Below the pieces are notes generated by a model. That model ran no database searches. It was not told the DNA's origin and worked only from the letters and a program-made list of their open reading frames with translations. DNA of 64,000 nucleotides. Source: an uncultured Flavobacteriaceae bacterium (GTDB taxonomy: Bacteria > Bacteroidota > Bacteroidia > Flavobacteriales > Flavobacteriaceae). This document shows, one piece after another, positions 20,088-30,470 of this stretch. Positions within the stretch are counted from its first letter, which is position 1. The number at the start of each line of letters is the position of its first letter. The stretch is from positions 44,169 to 108,168 of the forward strand of contig CAWCTF010000005.1 in NCBI GenBank assembly GCA_963798435.1. The letters are read 5' to 3'. Position numbers and translations under genes: made by a program.

Positions 20088-21266
20088 TTGAATAAAAACA
20101 TATTAAATACTGGTATACAGGATTATATCGTAAATAATAACAATACTGACATCCTGTCAGTATTGCTTAAAAAACCAATTTTTGAAGAGGTTACGAACCA
20201 GGAACTCGTCGAACAGCTGATTGCCAGAAATAAATGCAGGACAAAACTTCCCACTTGGTACAAAACCCCAAAAATTTATTATCCGAATAAGGTATCATTG
20301 GAACAAACATCCTCTGAAATTACTGCGGGCTATAAAACGGAAATTGCACACGGCAATTCATTGGCTGATCTAACTGGAGGATTCGGTGTCGATTCTTTTT
20401 TCCTTTCTTCAAAATTTGACACACTCGTTCATTGTGAAATCGACAAAAGTCTTTCAGAAATAGCACGCTATAATTTTGATCGCTTGGGAAGCAACAATGT
20501 ACTTTTCGAATCGAATGACGGCATCACCTTTCTAAGGACGTCTGAAAAACAGTTTGATTGGATTTATATCGACCCGTCAAGACGCGATGACAGGAAAGGA
20601 AAAGTAGTTAGATTGGAAGATTGTACCCCGAATGTTTCAGAACATTTAGAACTGCTCTTTCAAAAGACCAAAAAAATCCTGGTCAAAACTTCGCCTTTAC
20701 TGGATATTACCGCTGGAATCAATGCCTTGTGCCATGTCAAGGAAATTCATGTGGTTGCCGTCGACAATGAAGTCAAGGAGCTCCTGTGGATCTTGGAAAA
20801 AGAAAATAGGGATGCCATCACGATAAAGACCGTTAGTTTTAAAAAGACCACTACCGAACACTTTGAGTTTAATTATTCCGACGAAAAAAATGCAATTGCC
20901 CGTTACACGCTACCCGGTACCTATTTATATGAGCCGAACGCGGCCATTATGAAATCGGGCGCATTTAAATCGGTTGGCAATTTCTATGATCTCGACAAAT
21001 TACAGGAGCATACCCATTTGTATACTTCCGATGAGCTGATAAAATTTCCGGGGCGCCGTTTCCGTATTACGGGGGTCTTTTCATACAAGGGGGATGAATT
21101 TAAGAAGTTGGGCATACGGAAGGCGAATATTACGACTCGCAATTTTAAGGACAGCGTTGCCAACATCCGTAAAAAATTCAAGATTTTAGAAGGTGGGGAT
21201 ACCTACTTGTTCTTTTGTTCGACCCTGAACGGGTCACCTGTTATAATTAGGTGTAGCCAGTGCTAA
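20088..21266 (+). CDS. Class I SAM-dependent methyltransferase with a THUMP-like C-terminal region
   Basis: 392 aa with a TTG start. It has a SAM-binding motif I-like segment (LADLTGGFGVDSFF) and an IDPSRR motif. Confidence 0.6.
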   Translation: MNKNILNTGIQDYIVNNNNTDILSVLLKKPIFEEVTNQELVEQLIARNKCRTKLPTWYKTPKIYYPNKVSLEQTSSEITAGYKTEIAHGNSLADLTGGFGVDSFFLSSKFDTLVHCEIDKSLSEIARYNFDRLGSNNVLFESNDGITFLRTSEKQFDWIYIDPSRRDDRKGKVVRLEDCTPNVSEHLELLFQKTKKILVKTSPLLDITAGINALCHVKEIHVVAVDNEVKELLWILEKENRDAITIKTVSFKKTTTEHFEFNYSDEKNAIARYTLPGTYLYEPNAAIMKSGAFKSVGNFYDLDKLQEHTHLYTSDELIKFPGRRFRITGVFSYKGDEFKKLGIRKANITTRNFKDSVANIRKKFKILEGGDTYLFFCSTLNGSPVIIRCSQC

Positions 21267-21483
21267 AAATGTACAATTTTCGCTAAAATACCTTTTAAAT
21301 ATTAGGCAATCTACAACGATATAGGTATTTCGATAAAACGATGGATATCTTAGAAATCAAGTTCATTTTGGGAAAGACTTAAAAGATTTAACAAATTCGT
21401 TAAAAGTCGTAAAAAACGACAACAAACCTAACAAATAAAGGCCTTTTAAGAGAAAGTGTCGTAGGCGCCTATAAAATTTTAGT

Positions 21484-21497
21484 ATCAATATTTGACA
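21484..21497. repeat. Copy 1 of an exact 14-bp direct repeat, atcaatatttgaca
   Basis: Identical 14-mer to 21576..21589, within the 377-bp region upstream of the SusC-like gene. Confidence 0.8.
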
Positions 21498-21529
21498 AAA
21501 TATAAGGTGTTGAATGAGCTTCTTTCACA

Positions 21530-21537
21530 TATTTTTG
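21530..21537 (+). promoter_or_regulatory. Candidate -7 box (TAttTTTG) upstream of the SusC-like gene
   Basis: Exact TAnnTTTG match, 107 nt upstream of the ATG at 21644. Confidence 0.3.
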
Positions 21538-21575
21538 CTAATATTATTCCCGATTTGGGTTTTTTTTAACATATG

Positions 21576-21589
21576 ATCAATATTTGACA
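21576..21589. repeat. Copy 2 of the exact 14-bp direct repeat atcaatatttgaca
   Basis: Identical to 21484..21497 and lies 55 nt upstream of the SusC-like ATG. Confidence 0.8.
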
Positions 21590-21643
21590 TGCAAAAAACC
21601 CAACTAACTCAACATTAATTTAAACTAACAAACAACAAGGATT

Positions 21644-24600
21644 ATGAATCAAAAACGTGATTACAATTCGTTAAGACCCAAAGGAAGGAATTCTTTTTTC
21701 CGATTAGGGTTTTTGTCGATGATGGTTTGTCTTGGAGCGCAGATGGCGCTTGCAAATCATGAAGCAAATTTTTCAAATGTTGACTGGAGTACAACACTCC
21801 AATCAACGGTAACCGGAACGGTTGTCGATGATGCGGGCCAGCCGCTTCCCGGAGCCAACGTTGTGGTCAAAGGTACAACCAATGGTACCCAAACTGATTT
21901 TGATGGAAACTATTCTATAAATGTTGATAGTGGTGCCGTGTTGGTATTCAGTTATCTTGGATTCCAACGCCTAGAAATAGCCGTTGGTAGTGAAACTACC
22001 ATCAATGTCACCATGGAAGCCGACGCAGCGTTATTGTCGGAGGTGGTTGTAACGGGGTATCAAACCCAGACCAAGCGTGAGACCACCGCAGCGGTTTCAA
22101 TTGTAAAGGCCGAAGATTTGGCCGCCGTACCTTCGGGCAACATCGAACAGCAATTACAAGGTAGGGTTGCAGGGGTTACCGTACTTACCAATGGTCAGCC
22201 AGGAACTACGAGTCAAGTTAGGGTTCGTGGTTTTAACTCATTTGGGAACAACGCACCTTTATATGTTGTAGATGGGGTACCAACGACCAATGTTGATTTC
22301 ATCAATCCTGAGGATATTGAAACGGCAGTAGTACTTAAAGATGCTGCAGCTGCTTCCATTTATGGTGCAAGGGCTGCAAACGGTGTAATTGTCTACGTGA
22401 CAAAACAAGGGTCAAGAGCCAAAAGAAAAACGCAAATGACCTTGAGCATCAATAGTGGGGTTACTGATCCCAACGTTGCAGGTTCACCAAAAATGTTGAA
22501 CCCACAGGATATGGCCGACTATACTTTCCAGGCGTACCGAAACAATGCGGCTGCCAATGGTGTTCCAGTGCAGTATACGCATCCGCAATATGGTCCAGGT
22601 CCGAATCCTACCTTTCCTGATTATTTACTTGCTGGAGGCCAAAGTGGTGTAAATGCCGCTGATGTTGATTTAGCAGCAATTCGCGCCGCGTATGAAGCCG
22701 ACCCGCTTACCACGTTTTTGATTAAGCCGAATTTGGCAGGAACGAATTGGTACAAGGAAATTACAAGAATTGCCCCATTGAGTAGAATCTCCTTGAATTT
22801 TGAAGGAGGCAATGAAAATGGTCGTTATTTTATGGGCATCTCTGCCCAAAACCAAGATGGTGTCGTACTTGAGCAGAAATTTGCCAGATATGCCGCCCGA
22901 TTTAACTCTGAATGGGATATTACACCTTGGTTAAGTATTGGTGAAAATTTCCAGACTACCTATAGAGCTACCAGAGGTATTGCCGGTGGTGGAGGTGGCG
23001 TTGAAGTTGCCGATGATGAATCTGAAGTTTTATCTGCCTATCGTATGCCGACCATTATGCCGGTTTATGACGAATTCGGAAGTTATGCAAGTACTAAGGC
23101 CAGTGGTTTTAACAACCCACGAAACCCGGTAAGACGTTTGGTTAGAAACAATGGAAACGATAAATCATATGGTATTGGTGGTTTTGGTAACATTTATGTT
23201 GATATAAAACCACTAGATGGGTTAACCTTGCGTTCAAGTCTTGGAGGTTCTTATAGCAATTACTACTATGTTGATTACAACTATAAGTATCTTGGGGATT
23301 CAGAAACCGAGGCAAGTGATACCTTTGGGGAAGGCAGCGGCTACGGCTTCACATGGACCTTTACAAATACCATTTCCTACGAAAAGCTTTTTGGCCAACA
23401 CAAACTAACCGTTTTAGCTGGTATCGAAGCTTTGAATACAGGGAAAGGAAGAAACATCGCTGGTAGTGGAATCAATCCTTTTTCTACCGATCTTGATTAT
23501 CAAAGTTTAAGTGTGGTCAATAGCCCGGTCGTACGTAGTAATCAATTTAAAGGTGCCAATTATTTTTCCGAGTTCGGAAAATTGGATTACAACTTTGCAG
23601 AGCGTTATTACATAACCGGTGTAATTCGACGGGACGGTTCCTCACGATTTGGTGGAAACAACCGATATGGTACGTTCCCTGCAGTTTCAGCCGCTTGGAG
23701 GGTCATTGCAGAGCCTTTTATGCAAAATCAAACGTTCTTGACCGATTTAAAGATTCGTGGTGGATGGGGTCAAATGGGTAACGATACCAACGTAGATCCA
23801 AACAACCAGTATTCTCTATATCGCTCTGATCTTGGGAATACTTTATACCCGATTCAAGGACAGAATAGTGGTGCTGACACTGGATTCGCCCAAAGTCGTA
23901 TCGGCAACCCCGATGCGAAATGGGAAACCAGTACTACCACTAACATTGGTTTTGACGCGAGTTTCTTGAACGACCATTTAGATATTGAACTAGATTGGTG
24001 GAAAAAGGATACCGAAGATTTATTATATCAAATACCTTTGGCTGCCGTGACTGGGAATTTTGCCGCTGCCCCTTCAGTAAACATTGGGGGTATGAACAAC
24101 ACCGGTGTTGATTTTAAAATTGGGGTGAACGGTCATATTACCGAGGATCTTTCCTTTGAAATAACCAGTACCAATAGTTTTTTAAAGAACGAAATTACCG
24201 CTTTGGCACCTGGAATCGAATTTTTTGGGGACCAATTTGGTTATAGAGGTATCCAACCGATTCGAAACTCTGTTGGTCAATCTATATCGACCTTCTTTGG
24301 ATATGAAGTGATTGGATATTTCAACAGCCAAGCCGAGGTGGATAGTTCGCCTGCACAGGAGGGTAAAGGATTGGGTCGTTTTAGATATGCCGATGTAAAC
24401 GGTGATGGCGCCATTACACCTGACGACCGTACCGTAATAGGCCATGCCGTGCCCGATTATACTGGTGGTATGGATATCTTACTACGATTTAAGAATTTAG
24501 AATTCCAAGCATTCTTCAGTGGTACGTATGGTAATGAAATTTTTAACCAATCAAAATGGTTTCGGGATTTCTTCGGTACGTTCGAAGGATCTGCCAAAGG

Positions 24601-24955
24601 CGTAGCCGCCTTCAATTCATGGACACCTGAATTGGGAAATAACGCTGGCGCCCCTATTTGGGAGAGTGCCTCTAATTTAAGTACAAGTGGAGCTTCAAAT
24701 TCATGGTATGTAGAAGATGGCAGCTACTTAAGACTGGCTCAATTGAGATTAGGTTACAATTTTGATACCCGACTTATGGACAAAATTGGTATCAGCAAAC
24801 TTAAATTGGGGCTATCAGCCAATAATATCTGGACATTGACCAACTATTCAGGTCTTGATCCACAAGTTGCGGGTCCTGATACGAATTTTGGTATCGATGT
24901 TGGTAACTATCCTGTTACTCCAAGTTATCTAATTAGCTTAGAAATAGGAATTTAA
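21644..24955 (+). CDS. SusC/RagA family TonB-linked outer-membrane receptor
   Basis: 1103 aa. After the signal peptide comes a carboxypeptidase-regulatory-like domain (VTGTVVDDAGQPLPGANVVVKGTTNGTQTDFDGNY), then a plug and a large barrel. It is immediately followed by a SusD-like gene. No STN-type N-terminal extension was recognised. Confidence 0.9.
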   Translation: MNQKRDYNSLRPKGRNSFFRLGFLSMMVCLGAQMALANHEANFSNVDWSTTLQSTVTGTVVDDAGQPLPGANVVVKGTTNGTQTDFDGNYSINVDSGAVLVFSYLGFQRLEIAVGSETTINVTMEADAALLSEVVVTGYQTQTKRETTAAVSIVKAEDLAAVPSGNIEQQLQGRVAGVTVLTNGQPGTTSQVRVRGFNSFGNNAPLYVVDGVPTTNVDFINPEDIETAVVLKDAAAASIYGARAANGVIVYVTKQGSRAKRKTQMTLSINSGVTDPNVAGSPKMLNPQDMADYTFQAYRNNAAANGVPVQYTHPQYGPGPNPTFPDYLLAGGQSGVNAADVDLAAIRAAYEADPLTTFLIKPNLAGTNWYKEITRIAPLSRISLNFEGGNENGRYFMGISAQNQDGVVLEQKFARYAARFNSEWDITPWLSIGENFQTTYRATRGIAGGGGGVEVADDESEVLSAYRMPTIMPVYDEFGSYASTKASGFNNPRNPVRRLVRNNGNDKSYGIGGFGNIYVDIKPLDGLTLRSSLGGSYSNYYYVDYNYKYLGDSETEASDTFGEGSGYGFTWTFTNTISYEKLFGQHKLTVLAGIEALNTGKGRNIAGSGINPFSTDLDYQSLSVVNSPVVRSNQFKGANYFSEFGKLDYNFAERYYITGVIRRDGSSRFGGNNRYGTFPAVSAAWRVIAEPFMQNQTFLTDLKIRGGWGQMGNDTNVDPNNQYSLYRSDLGNTLYPIQGQNSGADTGFAQSRIGNPDAKWETSTTTNIGFDASFLNDHLDIELDWWKKDTEDLLYQIPLAAVTGNFAAAPSVNIGGMNNTGVDFKIGVNGHITEDLSFEITSTNSFLKNEITALAPGIEFFGDQFGYRGIQPIRNSVGQSISTFFGYEVIGYFNSQAEVDSSPAQEGKGLGRFRYADVNGDGAITPDDRTVIGHAVPDYTGGMDILLRFKNLEFQAFFSGTYGNEIFNQSKWFRDFFGTFEGSAKGVAAFNSWTPELGNNAGAPIWESASNLSTSGASNSWYVEDGSYLRLAQLRLGYNFDTRLMDKIGISKLKLGLSANNIWTLTNYSGLDPQVAGPDTNFGIDVGNYPVTPSYLISLEIGI

Positions 24956-25011
24956 CGAACAAAACGAAATAAAATGTTTAGACTTTTTATATCTTTAAAA
25001 CAAAATTAACT

Positions 25012-26757
25012 ATGAAAACTATGAGTAATATTAAAAAAATGACAGTCCTTACGATGTCGCTCTTAATGGTGAGCGTCTCGTGTAGCGATAAATTTTTAGA
25101 GCTTTTGCCGGCAGATTCCCTGGCAGATGCGCAAGTAACAACGGGTCCTGGTATAGAAGGCTTATTAATAGGTACCTATGCTGCATTGAATGGATCATTT
25201 GGGAGTCGCTTCGAAGGTCCTAACCGTTGGGTCACCGGATCTATCATGGGCGGTGAAGCCAACAAGGGAACGGATCCTGGTGATTATACCACTTTGAATC
25301 CTATTCAGCGGTATGAGACCAGTGCTACCGATGGTGATATTAACGCGCTTTGGCAAGGCGATTATGAAGGAATCAGCAGAGCAAATGCGGTTTTAAGGGC
25401 ACTTGCCGGGAATCCTGATATTTCCGATGCCGATAGGGCACGTATATCTGGTGAAGCAAGAATGCTACGCGGTCATTTCTATTTCGATCTGAAAAAGCAT
25501 TTTAACAGCGTTCCTGTCTTTGATGAGACGTTATTGGCTACCGAGATCGTGGTAATTCCGAATACGCCCGACGTGTATCCTCAAATTGAGGCTGATTTTC
25601 AATATGCGTATGATAATCTACCCGCAACAACGAGTGCAGGGCGTGTTAACAAATGGGCTGCCGCTGCGTATATGGCAAAAGCCAAATTATTTCAAGGTAA
25701 GTTTGGTGAGGCAAAAACCTGGTTTGACGATGTTATTACCAATGGGGTAACCTCTAATGGCCTTAAATATGCCTTGCTGGACAATTATGCCGGGATCTAC
25801 AACGCTGAATTTGATAACAATGCCGAAGTTGTTATGGATGTCGAATCTGCGAATAATACAGGTAGTGTTAATAACGCCAACTGGTTCGATGATTTAAGCT
25901 ACCCATACAACACAGGCCCAGATGGCCCAGGTGCTTGCTGTGGTTTCTTTCAGCCCAGTTTTGAATTGGCCAATTCGTTCAGGACAACACCTGCTGGTTT
26001 GCCTTTATTAGACAAATCATATAATGACCCTGCAAATGCGGTTAAAAACGATTTCAATATCGCTTCATCCGACCCGTTTACTCCAGATGCAGGACCATTG
26101 GATCCTCGAATTGACTTCTCAATTGGGAGAAGGGGTATTCAGTATTTAGATTGGAAAATATTCCCTGGTGCAGATTGGATTCGTAAGCCAGATTACGGAG
26201 GACCTTATTCACCTAAGAAATATATTTATTATAAGTCTCAGGAAAACAGCCTTACAGATGGTAGTTCTTGGACACGAGGGTATGCCTTGATGAACTATAC
26301 GATCATTCGCTATGCCGATGTGCTTTTGATGGCCGCAGAGGCAGAAATCGAAGCCGGTTCGTTAGAACAAGCACGTACCTATGTAAACATGGTTCGGGCA
26401 AGAGCCGCAAATTCACAATATTGGGTTTCCAATGATGGAGGAGCAACTCCTGCTGCCAATTATGTAATTTCCGAGTATCCTCCTTCCCAGTTTGCCGATC
26501 AGGCATCCGCTAGAACTGCGGTCCGTTTTGAGCGCAAATTGGAACTATCAGGAGAAGGACACAGGTTCTTCGATTTGGTACGTTGGGGCATTGCTGCTGA
26601 GGAGTTGAATGCATATTTAGCGTATGATTCACAATTTTTAGTGACGATGTTCGGCGGTGCTAGCTTCAAGGCTGGTAAAACCGAGTATTATCCAATTCCA
26701 CAGGCTCAAATTGATATTGAAGGTTCTGATGTCCTTACCCAGAACCCTGGATACTAA
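25012..26757 (+). CDS. SusD/RagB family nutrient-binding outer-membrane lipoprotein
   Basis: 581 aa with a lipoprotein signal (LLMVSVSCSD) and a C-terminal RagB/SusD signature (YADVLLMAAEAE...ERKLELSGEGHRFFDLVRWG). Confidence 0.9.
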   Translation: MKTMSNIKKMTVLTMSLLMVSVSCSDKFLELLPADSLADAQVTTGPGIEGLLIGTYAALNGSFGSRFEGPNRWVTGSIMGGEANKGTDPGDYTTLNPIQRYETSATDGDINALWQGDYEGISRANAVLRALAGNPDISDADRARISGEARMLRGHFYFDLKKHFNSVPVFDETLLATEIVVIPNTPDVYPQIEADFQYAYDNLPATTSAGRVNKWAAAAYMAKAKLFQGKFGEAKTWFDDVITNGVTSNGLKYALLDNYAGIYNAEFDNNAEVVMDVESANNTGSVNNANWFDDLSYPYNTGPDGPGACCGFFQPSFELANSFRTTPAGLPLLDKSYNDPANAVKNDFNIASSDPFTPDAGPLDPRIDFSIGRRGIQYLDWKIFPGADWIRKPDYGGPYSPKKYIYYKSQENSLTDGSSWTRGYALMNYTIIRYADVLLMAAEAEIEAGSLEQARTYVNMVRARAANSQYWVSNDGGATPAANYVISEYPPSQFADQASARTAVRFERKLELSGEGHRFFDLVRWGIAAEELNAYLAYDSQFLVTMFGGASFKAGKTEYYPIPQAQIDIEGSDVLTQNPGY

Positions 26758-26782
26758 CAGTTAATACGAGTAAATCAAAAAA

Positions 26783-26813
26783 GACCCTGGCAGAAACGTC
26801 AGGGTTTTTTTTG
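26783..26813 (+). terminator. Rho-independent terminator after the SusD-like gene
   Basis: The stem accctg (26784-26789) pairs with cagggt (26800-26805), followed by a run of 8 T. Confidence 0.7.
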
Positions 26814-26869
26814 TTTCTTTCCCACTCTTCCCCATCTTTGTAGTCGCAATCAATTTGACACCCTAAGAA

Positions 26870-29800
26870 ATGGTATTAAAAAAAACAGCTCCCGGATTCG
26901 CTATCATATTCATCCTTATAGTGCTGTCTTCCTGTGATAAGAACGTTACCCCTACCAAACTTTTTTCGAAGGTCGATTCTGAAACCTCCGGGTTAGATTT
27001 TAATAACCAACTTACCGAAAACGATTCGATAAACATCCTGGATAATGAATTTGTATATAACGGCGCCGGGGTGGCACTAGGCGATGTAAATGGGGATGGC
27101 TTTGACGACGTGTTTTTAGCAGGAAACCAGGTCGCTAATAAACTCTTTCTCAACAAAGGGAAACTTAAATTTGAAGATGTTTCACAACTGGCACATATTG
27201 GCAAACGCGACACCTTGAACTGGTCTTCAGGCGTCTCCCTGATTGATATCAATCTTGATGGCCGTCTAGACATCTATGTGTGCAACACCTTTCGAAAAAA
27301 CCCGGAACAACGTGCCAATTTATTATACATCAATCAAGGGAATACGGCAGATGGCACCCCTACTTTTAAGGAAATGGCAAACGAATATGGGGTCGATGAT
27401 ACCACCTATTCCTCCCACGCCCAATTCTTCGATTTTGACAATGATGGGGACTTGGACCTCTTTATTGGAGTGAATCGTATTGAGGGAATAAATCCGAGTC
27501 AATTCAGTCCGTTGGAAGACGATGGAACTTCTCTCAGCCGGGATAAATTATATGAAAATACATGGAGCGATAGTTTGAATCATCAACGATTCATCGATAT
27601 CTCTGACCAGGCAGGAATTCGCTATCATGGCTATAGTCATAGTACCTTGATCAACGACTTCAACAACGATGGTTGGATGGATATATACGTGGCGAACGAT
27701 TTTTTAAGCAACGATCTTATTTATATCAACAACCAGGATGGCACCTTCACGAACAAGGCCGGGGAAATATTCAAACATTTTAGTCTCTCCTCAATGGGGA
27801 GTGACATCGCCGATGTGGATAATAACGGGAGTATGGACCTCTTTACCACCGAGATGCAACCTTATTACAATAAACGCAAAAAATTATTCCAAGGCCCCAG
27901 CAGTTATCAAAAGGAAATCTTTACACGAAAATTTCAATACGAGTATCAGTATGCCCGCAATATGCTGCAACGTAACCTCGGGAAGATACCAGCTTCCCAA
28001 TTACCGATTTACGGCGAAATGGGGATGTATGCGAATATTCAGGAAACCGATTGGAGTTGGGCACCTCTTTTTGCCGATTATGATAATGACGGTTGGCAGG
28101 ATCTTTTTGTCACGAACGGCTTTCCAAAGGATGTGACCGACCGTGATTTTGGGGACTTCAGGATGACTGCCAGCCGCTTGGTCAGCAAAGAGCGCTTAAT
28201 ATCGGCCATCCCTGAAATCAAAATTCCCAACTTCATGTTCAAAAACCTACATGGCGATCGCTTTGAGGATGTGACCGATGCCTGGGGCCTGAACTTTGGT
28301 ACGTTTTCCAATGGCGCGGCGTACGGGGATCTTGACAAGGACGGGGATCTAGATCTGGTAATCAATAATATCAACGATCCTGTGCTACTCCTTGAAAACC
28401 ATAGTGGTCAGCTATTTCCGAATGAGCACTACGTACGATTGAAATTGAAGGGTACCCGAGAAAATCCAGGCGCTATTGGTGCCACAGCGACCCTATTCGC
28501 AAATGGTTTGGAGCAACAAAAGTCGTTGCTCTCAGGCAGGGGATATCTTTCGCAACCCGAGGAAATCATACATTTTGGCCTCGGCCAAATTAGTAAGATT
28601 GACAGTGTACTGATAACATGGCCAGGAGGTGCTTTTGAAAAAGTAACGGGAATTCCGATTGACACCCTTTATCAGATTACCTATAACCCGAACAAGATCC
28701 TACCAACGCTTCCGAGAGATACGACCGACCGTTCACTCTTTCATGAGGTTTCCCGAAATTATAACCTAGATAAACTAATCGAAGACCTTGATTTCATCGA
28801 TTTTAATTTCCAAAGTACAATTCCCCATAAATTTTCACAATACGGCCCTGCCATTTCCATTGGCGATGTTAATAATGATGATTTGGACGATATTTTCGTA
28901 GCTGGGAGTCGAAAATTTAAGGAAAAATGGTTTATACAACAACATGATGGTAGTTTTAAAAGTACCGATGTAGCCTATAAACACAGTCCTAAACTCGAAG
29001 AAGAAGATGCCGGGACACTGCTCTTCGATGCAGATAATGATGGGGACTTGGACTTATACATTGCTCGTGGATGTGCACAGTACCCTTCTGGCCATGAATT
29101 CTATAAGGATATCCTAATGGTCAATAATGGAAAGGGAGACTTTACCGAAAGCAAGGATGGACTACCTGTCATGATGACGAATTCATCTGCCGTAAAAGCC
29201 GCCGATTTTGACCAAGACGGCGATCTAGACCTTTTCATAGGAAGTCGCGTCCTGCCTTTTGCCTATCCAACGCCAGATCGCTCCTACTTACTAAGGAATG
29301 AAAGTACAGCTACTAAAATTAAATTTACGGATGTTACTTCCGAGATGTCCTCGGAATTGCTCTTTCCCGGCATGATAAGCGATGCAATCTGGACCGATTT
29401 TAATGGGGATAACTGGCCCGATCTCATCTTGGCAGGAGAATGGATGCCCTTGCGAATCTTCGAGAATGCCCATGGTAGCTTTGTCGATATTACCAAAAAT
29501 TCGGGCCTGGAAGATCATTTAGGGTGGTGGAACAGTTTGGCCGCAGCCGATATCGACAACGATGGGGATATTGATTATATCGCCGGAAATTTAGGGGAAA
29601 ATACCTATTTTAAAGGTAGTGTTAAGGAACCTGTTCGCCTCTATGCTAAGGATTTCGATCAAAATGGGACCATGGATCCCTTTATTTCGTATTACCTACG
29701 AGACAGTATCGGTGTCAAAAAAGAATATCTATACCACCCATGGCAAGATGTGACGAAACAATACGTCGGGATTCGTAAGAAATTCAATTCCTTCGGTGCG

Positions 29801-30451
29801 TTTGGTGAATCGACCCTTCCCGAGATGTTTTCGGACGGCATGTTGGATGACGCCCTTAAGTTCGAGCTGAATGACTCCAAATCTTCCTGGGTAGAAAATT
29901 TGGGCAACGGAAAATTCAAAATACATCCCCTTCCCTTTGAAGCACAATTAGCGCCTATTTTTGGCATACTACCGAAAGATTTGGACAATGATAACCGTAT
30001 TGATCTATTATTGGTGGGGAACGATTTTGGGATGGAAGTGCAGCAAGGAAGGGCCGATGCGCTGGTAGGTTTGGCGCTCAGGAATATCGGGCAAGGAAAT
30101 TTTGAGGCCCTTTCCCTTGAAGACAGTCATTTCTTTGTTCCTGGGGATGGCAAGAGTTTAGCTACCTTGAACGATGCCAATAATAAATTACTGGTGATAG
30201 CCACCCAAAACAACGATGCGATCAAAGCCTTTGACCAACCTTCCATGGGTGCCAATCAATTGATTCGATTACATGCGAATGAGGTTAAAGTCGAAATCAG
30301 CTATAGTGGCAACATACAACGAACTTGCGAATTTTATTGGGGAAGTACCTTTCAATCCCAATCAAGTCGTACCATCTTGATTACAAGTGCTATGAAAAAG
30401 CTACGATTTCTGGACGGCTTTGGCAAAGAGACCCGTACCGTCAAGTTCTAA
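26870..30451 (+). CDS. FG-GAP/VCBS repeat lipoprotein with an ASPIC/UnbV domain (CRTAC1-like)
   Basis: 1193 aa with a lipoprotein signal (LIVLSSCDKN). It carries many DxDxDGxxD FG-GAP calcium-type repeats (GDVNGDGFDDVF, DFDNDGDLDLF, DADNDGDLDLY, DIDNDGDIDYI) and a UnbV_ASPIC-like segment (GRGYLSQPEEIIHFGLG...ITWPGG). Confidence 0.8.
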   Translation: MVLKKTAPGFAIIFILIVLSSCDKNVTPTKLFSKVDSETSGLDFNNQLTENDSINILDNEFVYNGAGVALGDVNGDGFDDVFLAGNQVANKLFLNKGKLKFEDVSQLAHIGKRDTLNWSSGVSLIDINLDGRLDIYVCNTFRKNPEQRANLLYINQGNTADGTPTFKEMANEYGVDDTTYSSHAQFFDFDNDGDLDLFIGVNRIEGINPSQFSPLEDDGTSLSRDKLYENTWSDSLNHQRFIDISDQAGIRYHGYSHSTLINDFNNDGWMDIYVANDFLSNDLIYINNQDGTFTNKAGEIFKHFSLSSMGSDIADVDNNGSMDLFTTEMQPYYNKRKKLFQGPSSYQKEIFTRKFQYEYQYARNMLQRNLGKIPASQLPIYGEMGMYANIQETDWSWAPLFADYDNDGWQDLFVTNGFPKDVTDRDFGDFRMTASRLVSKERLISAIPEIKIPNFMFKNLHGDRFEDVTDAWGLNFGTFSNGAAYGDLDKDGDLDLVINNINDPVLLLENHSGQLFPNEHYVRLKLKGTRENPGAIGATATLFANGLEQQKSLLSGRGYLSQPEEIIHFGLGQISKIDSVLITWPGGAFEKVTGIPIDTLYQITYNPNKILPTLPRDTTDRSLFHEVSRNYNLDKLIEDLDFIDFNFQSTIPHKFSQYGPAISIGDVNNDDLDDIFVAGSRKFKEKWFIQQHDGSFKSTDVAYKHSPKLEEEDAGTLLFDADNDGDLDLYIARGCAQYPSGHEFYKDILMVNNGKGDFTESKDGLPVMMTNSSAVKAADFDQDGDLDLFIGSRVLPFAYPTPDRSYLLRNESTATKIKFTDVTSEMSSELLFPGMISDAIWTDFNGDNWPDLILAGEWMPLRIFENAHGSFVDITKNSGLEDHLGWWNSLAAADIDNDGDIDYIAGNLGENTYFKGSVKEPVRLYAKDFDQNGTMDPFISYYLRDSIGVKKEYLYHPWQDVTKQYVGIRKKFNSFGAFGESTLPEMFSDGMLDDALKFELNDSKSSWVENLGNGKFKIHPLPFEAQLAPIFGILPKDLDNDNRIDLLLVGNDFGMEVQQGRADALVGLALRNIGQGNFEALSLEDSHFFVPGDGKSLATLNDANNKLLVIATQNNDAIKAFDQPSMGANQLIRLHANEVKVEISYSGNIQRTCEFYWGSTFQSQSSRTILITSAMKKLRFLDGFGKETRTVKF

Positions 30452-30470
30452 AATATTGGTTCTCATAAAT

